From contig JAQTYF010000001.1 of assembly GCA_028688415.1 (NCBI GenBank), forward strand, positions 400,627 to 464,626: a DNA stretch of 64,000 nt. Reading direction: 5' to 3'. This DNA comes from Candidatus Moraniibacteriota bacterium (lineage in GTDB: Bacteria; Patescibacteriota; Minisyncoccia; Moranbacterales; UBA1568). A model generated the notes under the pieces. It saw only the letters and a list, made by a program, of their open reading frames with translations, was not told the origin of the DNA and ran no database searches. The translations under genes and the position numbers were made by a program. Shown here piece by piece: positions 56,997 through 64,000 of the stretch (positions are counted from its first letter, which is position 1; the number at the start of each line of letters is the position of its first letter).

Positions 56997-57836
56997 GTGT
57001 ATACTGAATACTATAAAAAACTATTCAACTCTATGCACAAGCCATCCAGTTTCAATGATTATATCATCGCATTTGCCACCGCATTGTTTCTCACTATCTT
57101 TCTCGGTGTGTATCTCTTCATTCGTCGCGGATTTATGATTGATGCTCCGGCCGGTATAGATGTGATGTATATGCCGAACAAGATCCTGGCTAATGTCGGC
57201 ATGATGATCATTGCTCTCTCATTTCTTTTCGGACCTATTACACGTTATTTCAATCGATTCGATACATTTATCGGCTGTCGCAAAGAAATAGGTATCGTCG
57301 GGGCATTCATCGCACTTTCTCATGGTATCATTTCCTATTTCTTTCTCCCCAAGAGGTATCCGAGCGAATATATTGATTTCTTGTCATTGGAATTTTTTTC
57401 CGCTCTCGTCGGGGCATTCTTTCTCTTTTTTCTTTTCATCATCTCTTTCAAAAAAGCCATCGAATTGATCGGGGCGGGTCGGTGGTGGTTCTGGCAACGG
57501 TTTGGTCTCCGTATTGTCGTCATACTCACCCTCGTTCATGTCGTGTTTCTCAAATGGGAGAGTTGGATGAGATGGTTCGTAGAAGACCTCCCTGTCTCGA
57601 AAGAACTTGTTTTCACCTGGTTACCAGCCGTCAATCTCCTCACAACACTTTTCATCGTTTGGGTCGTCCTCATACGAATCTATGAATCGATTTTCCTCTT
57701 CCAGGATTTCGGTTGGAAAACCAAAGAAATTTCCATGGATCCCGTACTTCACGCTCGTGGGAGACGATTCTTCATCGGTAGTTTCTGGGTACTCGTCCTC
57801 CTCTATATTATTGTCTTCACACGTTTTCTTTTTTAA
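56997..57836 (+). CDS. Ferric reductase-like (MsrQ-like) transmembrane protein
   Basis: RKEIGIVG...H, W..WQR...H pattern across 6-7 TMs. Confidence 0.65.
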   Translation: MYTEYYKKLFNSMHKPSSFNDYIIAFATALFLTIFLGVYLFIRRGFMIDAPAGIDVMYMPNKILANVGMMIIALSFLFGPITRYFNRFDTFIGCRKEIGIVGAFIALSHGIISYFFLPKRYPSEYIDFLSLEFFSALVGAFFLFFLFIISFKKAIELIGAGRWWFWQRFGLRIVVILTLVHVVFLKWESWMRWFVEDLPVSKELVFTWLPAVNLLTTLFIVWVVLIRIYESIFLFQDFGWKTKEISMDPVLHARGRRFFIGSFWVLVLLYIIVFTRFLF

Positions 57837-57934
57837 AACGAGAAGTATAATCTTCGTAGTAAAAATCCCCTCTCTCAGAGAAGGGATTTTTTATAGTTGC
57901 AGAATTTTATTACAGAACTCTCTATATTCTTCTT

Positions 57935-58086
57935 AAAAGCCAATTTTTCATCATCGTTCCACCTCTCACAAGAGCTCTCAGTAAAACGAAAAAAGAAGCC
58001 TCCAATCAACACACTCTTAGCTTCTTTTTTCGATCTGAGAGCTCTTGCTCAGTCAGAGTGGAAAGGATGATGAAAAATTCTTTTGA
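57935..58086. repeat. Long-hairpin repeat, copy B (empty site)
   Basis: Near-identical to 46994-47166 but without the 20-bp insertion. Confidence 0.9.
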
Positions 58087-58106
58087 GAAGAATAATACAA
58101 ATATAA

Positions 58107-58760
58107 CTATTCCTGTCTCCGTTTTTCTCGGATATATGCTGTGATGGCTGGCAAAAACGAGAGGGAAATAATCACAAGAATGATTGGCAAGAGATATTTG
58201 TCGACATCGATCACATTCCCGAGGAAATAGCCCAGGAGTACCAAACCAATTACCCAGAGGAATGCCCCGATAACATTGTAGAGAAAAAAGACCGAGTATT
58301 TCATATTTGCTACGCCAGCGATGATCGGTGCGAACGTTCTCACAATCGGCATAAATCGTGCAAGAAGAATCATCTTGGGCCCGTGCTGTTCGTAAAAATA
58401 TTGTGCTTTGAGGGCGTGTGCTTTTTTGAAAATGAGCGAATCTTCTCGACTGAAGATTTTCGGTCCGATGCGTCTACCAAATTCATAACCGAGCATATTG
58501 CCAAGTACCGCAGAAAGAAACAATCCAATCAAGAGTACGGGGAGCGAAAAGAAACCACCCGCAGTGAGGAATCCAGCGACAAAGAGCAGACTGTCCCCTG
58601 GGAGGAAAAATCCCAAGAAAAGACCAGTTTCCGCAAAAACAATACCGAAAAGTCCGGTATAACCGACGGCTTTGATAAGACCGATGAGATCGCCTCGGAA
58701 AACACCATCGACAAACGTCTGGATAAAATCCATACAAGCAATATTCATAAAATTACTCAT
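58107..58760 (-). CDS. DedA family membrane protein
   Basis: FAETGL..GFFLPGDSLL, LARFMPIVRTFAP. Confidence 0.95.
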   Translation of the reverse strand: MSNFMNIACMDFIQTFVDGVFRGDLIGLIKAVGYTGLFGIVFAETGLFLGFFLPGDSLLFVAGFLTAGGFFSLPVLLIGLFLSAVLGNMLGYEFGRRIGPKIFSREDSLIFKKAHALKAQYFYEQHGPKMILLARFMPIVRTFAPIIAGVANMKYSVFFLYNVIGAFLWVIGLVLLGYFLGNVIDVDKYLLPIILVIISLSFLPAITAYIREKRRQE

Positions 58761-58837
58761 TCATTATACCCGAGAAAAAGACAAAAGAAAAACCCCGACA
58801 CGAGGTCGAGGTTTTTGAAACAAGAGACAAACAATGA

Positions 58838-59239
58838 CTATTTCAATGTTACGGTTGCACCAGCTTCTTCGAGTTTCTTCTTGATGGTTTCAGCATCAGC
58901 TTTGGAAACTTTTTCTTTGATAGCTTTTGGAGCAGCATCTACCAAATCCTTGGCTTCTTTGAGTCCGAGACCAGTGATTTCACGAACAGCTTTGATCACG
59001 TTGATTTTCTGTGCACCAGCAGCAGTCAATTCAACATCGAATTCGCTCTTCTCTTCTGCAGCAGCAGCTTCAGCGACTGGAGCAGCACCCATCATCATAG
59101 GAGCAGCAGCAGAGACACCAAACTTGTCTTCGAGAACTTTGACGAGTTCTGAGAGATCGAGCACGCTCATCTTCTCAATTTCAGCAACGAGTTTTTCGAA
59201 CTTTGCTGGCACTACCACTTCTTTCTTTTCTTCTGTCAT
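58838..59239 (-). CDS. rplL: 50S ribosomal protein L7/L12
   Basis: [28 protein letters not shown]. Confidence 0.99.
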   Translation of the reverse strand: MTEEKKEVVVPAKFEKLVAEIEKMSVLDLSELVKVLEDKFGVSAAAPMMMGAAPVAEAAAAEEKSEFDVELTAAGAQKINVIKAVREITGLGLKEAKDLVDAAPKAIKEKVSKADAETIKKKLEEAGATVTLK

Positions 59240-59275
59240 ATGATTATATTATATTACTTATATTAACAAAAAATA

Positions 59276-59797
59276 TTACGCTTTCTTTTCTTCAATAGCC
59301 TTGAGTACTCGCACCAGTCCATTCAAATTGCCATTCAACACTCGTACGAAACTTGATATTGGAGCTTGGAGAGTACCGACCAACTGTGCTCGCATCTCGT
59401 CTCTGCTTGGCAATTTGGCGAGAGCCTTGACCTCTTCTATCGACAATTCCTTGATCCCGAGCGATCCACCTTCAATAGTGAAAGGAATATCTCTGTTGGC
59501 CTTGGCAAATGCGGCGAGGACTTTGGCAGCGGTCACTTCATCAGAAGAGAATGCGACACCGATCTGACCATCGAGCTTCCGTACATCCACTACCACACCA
59601 GCTTCTTTGAGTGCGAGATTGAGCAGTGTCTTCTTGAGCACTTGCCAACCAGAACCATTTGCATTCAGTTCTTTGCGTACTGCAGAGACGTTCTTCACTG
59701 ATACGCCTTTGAAGTTTGCGAAAACCAAAGCTTTCGATTCTTTGATTTTGTTCGACACCTCAGTAATGAGGATTTCTTTCTGTTGTTTCGTTTGCAT
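59276..59797 (-). CDS. rplJ: 50S ribosomal protein L10
   Basis: V.KKTL...AL, LAKLPSRDE; upstream of rplL. Confidence 0.97.
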   Translation of the reverse strand: MQTKQQKEILITEVSNKIKESKALVFANFKGVSVKNVSAVRKELNANGSGWQVLKKTLLNLALKEAGVVVDVRKLDGQIGVAFSSDEVTAAKVLAAFAKANRDIPFTIEGGSLGIKELSIEEVKALAKLPSRDEMRAQLVGTLQAPISSFVRVLNGNLNGLVRVLKAIEEKKA

Positions 59798-59811
59798 ACA
59801 GTTTTATGATA

Positions 59812-59948
59812 AAAAAATCTACGGTTTATGGCCGTAGAATTGAAAAAACATCTTTCCAATCATTCTTGATGCTATCTTTTAAAACATCATCGAGAACGTT
59901 CCTCGTAAGGATTTATGTGTTACACGTCACACCTTAGGTCTACGGATA
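59812..59948 (-). promoter_or_regulatory. L10 leader (ribosomal protein autoregulatory RNA)
   Basis: Minus strand CCGTAGAC..AGGT...TAAA.CCT..CGAGG...TCTACGG followed by a terminator-like hairpin, directly upstream of rplJ. Confidence 0.75.
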
Positions 59949-59994
59949 TTTGATTGTACTCTTATACTACAGGAATTATCGTGATCAGTCAAGA

Positions 59995-60408
59995 CTACGC
60001 CTTTGCTTCTGGTTCTACTGGAGTGACGACTTCTGGAGTAGCAACAGGGGTTTCGGCAACCGTTTCAGTAGCAACAGGAGTCTCTTCTACGACTGGAGTA
60101 GCTTCGGCAGGAGCTTCGACAACTGGTACTTCTTTCACAACTGGACGAGGCATTTTCTTGGCGATTTTCTTGGCTTCGATCACTCCTTCACGAACGAGTG
60201 TGTTGTGCACAGCAGGAGATACTTGAGCTCCTTGTCCGATCCAATAGAGGATTCGTTCTTTCTTCAAGATAGTCGTTTTCTGATGAGGATTGTAGCTTCC
60301 GAGGATTTCGATATGACGCTTTCCTGGAGCCTTGGTATGTTCTTGAAGAACAACACGAAACTGAGCCTGATTCTTCTTTCCTGTGCGATTGAGACGTATT
60401 ACTAACAT
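59995..60408 (-). CDS. rpsP: 30S ribosomal protein S16 with acidic Pro/Ala/Glu/Val tail
   Basis: IRLNRTGKK, EILGSYNP, YWIGQGAQ. Confidence 0.96.
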   Translation of the reverse strand: MLVIRLNRTGKKNQAQFRVVLQEHTKAPGKRHIEILGSYNPHQKTTILKKERILYWIGQGAQVSPAVHNTLVREGVIEAKKIAKKMPRPVVKEVPVVEAPAEATPVVEETPVATETVAETPVATPEVVTPVEPEAKA

Positions 60409-60549
60409 AACGGATATACAAAAATTAAGATAGAGTTTCTATACAGGTTCCACTCTACCGCATTTTTCAAACCCTGTCAACCAAACCATTGGGATTTTTC
60501 TTCATTTTTCAATCCTTCTCTTCATCAATGGCTCAATAAAACTCAGTTT

Positions 60550-62850
60550 TTACGATAATTTAGCAATCTCACTGTTTGTAATCTGGTCGAGGCGGATAGA
60601 GAGAAGCTGGGAGACGCCATCAGCGCCCATCGTAACGCCGTAGATGATACCAGCCTGTGACATTGTCTCGCGGTTGTGAGTAATAGCGATGAACTGAGTA
60701 TCGAGCGAGAGTCCGCCGAGCATCGAGCTGAATCGTCTAGAGTTGGCTTCATCGAGAGCGGCCTCTACTTCATCGAGGACAGCAAATGGTGGTGGATTGT
60801 GAGAGATGATAGCAAAGAGGAGTGCGAGCGAAGTGAGTGATCGTTCCCCTCCAGAGAGCATCGAGAGGTTGGTGATTTTCTTTCCTGGTGGGCACGCAAA
60901 AATCTCGATACCGAGTTCGTATGGCGTCGAAATTCCTTCTTCGGACATATCTTCTGAAGCATTCTCACTCTCATCACTTTCTCGACGACGAGAAGGGATT
61001 TTCACAATTTCGATTTCCGCTTTTCCTCCACCAAAAATGATTTTGAAATATTCTTCAAATTTTTTCTTGATTTCTTTGAAAGCATCGTGGAATTCTTTGT
61101 CGATTTTCTGTTCCATTTCTTTGGTGACTGCACGGAGAGATTCTCCTGCTTGCTTGAGATCAGTCGATTCACGGGTCAAAAATTCGAAACGTTTTTCTGT
61201 TTCCTGATATTCTTCGACGATAAGCGGATCGATCGTGCCGATATGTTCCACCTCTACTTTGAGGCGAGAAATCTCGTGTTCCATACGCTCACGCTCGACT
61301 GGAGTATTGTCATAACGGAGTTCTGTAACAGGGATGCCGAGCTCTTCTCGAACGAGGTTCGTGATATCTTCTTCGCGTACTTCGACACGAGCCAAGCGAA
61401 CTTTTACTTCATTTAATTGATCTTTGAGACGAGTCAAGAGATATTCTTTCTGACGCCATTCTTTTTCTTTCAAGAAGAACGTCTCTCTCCCGACACGAGT
61501 ACGTTCCTGCATCGCACAGAGAACAGATTCTTTTTCATTCAATGACTGGAGAAGGATTTCTGAACGCTTGTTGAGAGATTCTTTTTCCTTCGTAAACGTC
61601 GCGATTTTTTCATCGCTGATTTTTTTCTCTGCTTCTGGAAGCGTGATGATTTTCTTTTCTTTGACACTGCCTACACCCGCCTTCTCTTGGAGGTCATAGA
61701 GCTTCTGCTTGATAACCTGCGCGAATTCACGAATGTCTTGCAGGTCTTCAAGTTTCTCTACATTCTGGATACGTTTGATAAGTTCTTCTTGATGCGTACG
61801 GATTTCATCAAGTGCTTTTTTCACATAATTCAGATCGACAGGGATGACACGGATCACTTCTTCCGATTTCTGTTTCTCTTTTTCGATTTCGATTTTTCCA
61901 TCAAGAATACTCCTGTCTCGGAGCAGTGTATTGGACTCATCTCGGAGTGTCATCATCTCTCGATTGATCGTCTCTTCTTCTGTCTGATCCCCCATTTGTT
62001 CTCCAGCCTGAGCGACCTCGCGCGACAACGTATTGGTCTCTACATCGAGATCGAATACTTGCTTCTGCATACCGTCACGTTCTGAGAGGAGAGTACCTCG
62101 TTCTTTCTGAAAATTATTCCAGAGAAAACTATAGAGGAGGAATTGTTTGGAACGGAGTTTTTCGGCGATGTCTTTCCCTTGTGAAGCCTTCTCTGCCTGA
62201 CGACGGAGATTTTTCAAATGTGGTTCTATTTCGAGAAGGAGACTATCGACACGGACGAGATTCTCTCGTGTACTTTCCAATTTTCGGAGTGCCCGCTCTT
62301 TCTCTATCTGATACTGTTTCACGCCCGCTGCGTCCTCGAATATCGAGCGTCGTTCAGTCGGAGTAGCATTCAGCACGGCATCGGACATACCCTGAGTGAT
62401 GACACAGTAGCTGTCTTTGCCGATTCCCGCTTTGGCGAGGAGATCGACGATGTCGAGGAGACGCACACGCGCACCATTGATGAGATATTCGCTTTCTCCA
62501 CTCCGATATATTTTTCGAGTGATCGATACTTCAGCAAACTCTACCGGGATTTTTTTATCAGAGTTGTCGAAATACAGAGTAACAGAGGCGGTACCGAGTC
62601 GGGCTTTCTTATCGGTTCCTGCAAAAATGACGTCTTCTGATTTTTTCCCACGGAGGTTCTTGAGCGACTGTTCTCCGATGGCCCAACGAATAGCATCAGC
62701 GACGTTTGATTTACCAGAACCGTTTGGTCCGACGATAGCCGTGATGCCACATTTGGTATTCTGTACGATGTCGCAGTCAGGCAAAAAATCCAATGCCGTC
62801 TTATTGGCAAAGGATTTGAATCCGCTCATTTCAAGTTTCTTGAGATACAT
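60550..62850 (-). CDS. smc: SMC-family ATPase (short, 766 aa)
   Basis: GFKSF, GPNGSGKSN, LSGGE, LDEVEAALD, ITH; next to rnc. Confidence 0.9.
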   Translation of the reverse strand: MYLKKLEMSGFKSFANKTALDFLPDCDIVQNTKCGITAIVGPNGSGKSNVADAIRWAIGEQSLKNLRGKKSEDVIFAGTDKKARLGTASVTLYFDNSDKKIPVEFAEVSITRKIYRSGESEYLINGARVRLLDIVDLLAKAGIGKDSYCVITQGMSDAVLNATPTERRSIFEDAAGVKQYQIEKERALRKLESTRENLVRVDSLLLEIEPHLKNLRRQAEKASQGKDIAEKLRSKQFLLYSFLWNNFQKERGTLLSERDGMQKQVFDLDVETNTLSREVAQAGEQMGDQTEEETINREMMTLRDESNTLLRDRSILDGKIEIEKEKQKSEEVIRVIPVDLNYVKKALDEIRTHQEELIKRIQNVEKLEDLQDIREFAQVIKQKLYDLQEKAGVGSVKEKKIITLPEAEKKISDEKIATFTKEKESLNKRSEILLQSLNEKESVLCAMQERTRVGRETFFLKEKEWRQKEYLLTRLKDQLNEVKVRLARVEVREEDITNLVREELGIPVTELRYDNTPVERERMEHEISRLKVEVEHIGTIDPLIVEEYQETEKRFEFLTRESTDLKQAGESLRAVTKEMEQKIDKEFHDAFKEIKKKFEEYFKIIFGGGKAEIEIVKIPSRRRESDESENASEDMSEEGISTPYELGIEIFACPPGKKITNLSMLSGGERSLTSLALLFAIISHNPPPFAVLDEVEAALDEANSRRFSSMLGGLSLDTQFIAITHNRETMSQAGIIYGVTMGADGVSQLLSIRLDQITNSEIAKLS

Positions 62851-63029
62851 TGATACAATTTCAAATTTTAAATTTCAAATTTTGAAACAAAGACCAAAAC
62901 ATCAAAAAGAGGATATTTTGAAATTTAGAATTTATAATTTGAAATTACCTCCAGTATACCCCATTTCTCCCAAAAAGAAAAAACGTGCTTTCACACGTTC
63001 TTTTGGATTTTGGTATCGAATGAAGTCTC

Positions 63030-63734
63030 TTATTCCCAGCCCTTGATGATGAGTCCTTGACGAGCGGCTTCACGCTGAGCATCCTGCTTGGAAATACCCT
63101 CACCTTCAGCTATGAGTTCTTCAGCAAGAAATACTCCTGCGATAAAATGTCGATCATGATCTGGTCCCCATTCTTTCAAAACACGGTAATTTGGCGTGAT
63201 ACCTACTTTTTCTTGAGCCAATTCCTGGAAACGACTCTTCGGGTCAGTGTAGAGTCCTTCTGTCAGGACTTCACTCATATGCGCTGTGATAATATATTTT
63301 TCGACAAATTGTTTCGATGCATCATATCCCTGATCCATATAGAGCGCCCCGATGATGGATTCCATCGCATTGGCGACGAGGTACGTGCGAGCACGTCCCG
63401 TATCTTTCGATTCCCCACGACTCATAAGAAGAAAATCTTGCAATCCCAACTCATGACCGATTTTCCCGAGCATATCGCCATTGACGAGGGCGGCACGAAA
63501 ACTCGTGAGTTCCCCTTCTGGGTTTTTGAAGTTATCAAACAGATACCGCGTGACGATAAGTTCGAGCACAGCATCTCCGAGAAATTCTAATCGTTCATTG
63601 TGAGGATGAGAATATTCTTTGTGTTCATTGAGATAGGACCGATGTGTCAGAGCTTCCTGAAAGAGATCGACATTCACGATATCGATTCCAAGTGTTTTTT
63701 TCAGTTGTACCAAATCTATTTTCTTTTCTGACAT
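63030..63734 (-). CDS. rnc: Ribonuclease III
   Basis: HNERLEFLGDAVL signature and dsRBD. Confidence 0.98.
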   Translation of the reverse strand: MSEKKIDLVQLKKTLGIDIVNVDLFQEALTHRSYLNEHKEYSHPHNERLEFLGDAVLELIVTRYLFDNFKNPEGELTSFRAALVNGDMLGKIGHELGLQDFLLMSRGESKDTGRARTYLVANAMESIIGALYMDQGYDASKQFVEKYIITAHMSEVLTEGLYTDPKSRFQELAQEKVGITPNYRVLKEWGPDHDRHFIAGVFLAEELIAEGEGISKQDAQREAARQGLIIKGWE

Positions 63735-63776
63735 AAAATCACACGTTATTTGAAGAAAAAAGCTTCAGACGAAGCT

Positions 63777-64000
63777 TTACTTTGAGATTTTTTTCGCAAC
63801 AGGTTTTTTCTCTTTTTTCTGTTCTGCTTGTTTGGCATCTTTCTCGAGATTTTTCTTGTGATTCTCTGAGATATCATTTTTCATCGGCTCACCCATCTCA
63901 CGATAGATAGTTCCGAGTACTCCATTGACGAAACGTGCGCTCGCATCACTGCCAAATGTTTTTGCGAGTTCAATAGCTTCATTGATAGCGACTTTTGGAG
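63777..64000 (-). CDS. nusB: Transcription antitermination factor NusB (partial, 3' end)
   Basis: [29 protein letters not shown]; not in the ORF track, read manually; stop at 63779-63777. Confidence 0.93.
   Translation of the reverse strand, partial: PKVAINEAIELAKTFGSDASARFVNGVLGTIYREMGEPMKNDISENHKKNLEKDAKQAEQKKEKKPVAKKISK

Noticed and set aside
59995-60140. Repetitive Pro/Val/Ala/Glu/Thr tail of S16 as a repeat element
   Set aside because: Low-complexity C-terminal extensions of S16 are common

Overview
AT-rich bacterial window (standard genetic code). The gene content and compact style suggest Patescibacteria/CPR, probably Parcubacteria; this is an inference, not a search result. Housekeeping backbone: dnaX, queA, secA, hpf, murB-murC-murG-ftsW-trmD, rseP, frr, serS, lysS, greA, mrdA-mreD-mreC-mreB, rplJL, rpsP, smc, rnc and nusB, plus four intact tRNAs (Gln, Ala, Lys, Val). 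Four things stand out. (1) A divergent 9-gene acyl-metabolite cluster at 5.9-13.4 kb: PPTase, ACP, papain/C39-like protein, stand-alone ThiF adenylyltransferase and PlsC-type acyltransferase on one side, a MacAB-like exporter and a FeeM-type N-acyl amino acid synthase on the other. (2) Many small palindromic and long-hairpin repeats, several targeting tRNA genes. These include an intact tRNA-Val(CAC) wrapped in 18-bp inverted repeats and nested inside a decayed tRNA-Val with a different acceptor stem, tRNA 3'-end duplication elements, and a filled/empty site pair showing a precise 20-bp insertion. (3) GC-richer secreted-protein cassettes inside a surface-glycan locus, including a LysM plus beta-barrel-like protein and a shared boxA-like/uORF leader. 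(4) A short SMC with no visible hinge. No CRISPR array, rRNA, integrase or transposase was seen.
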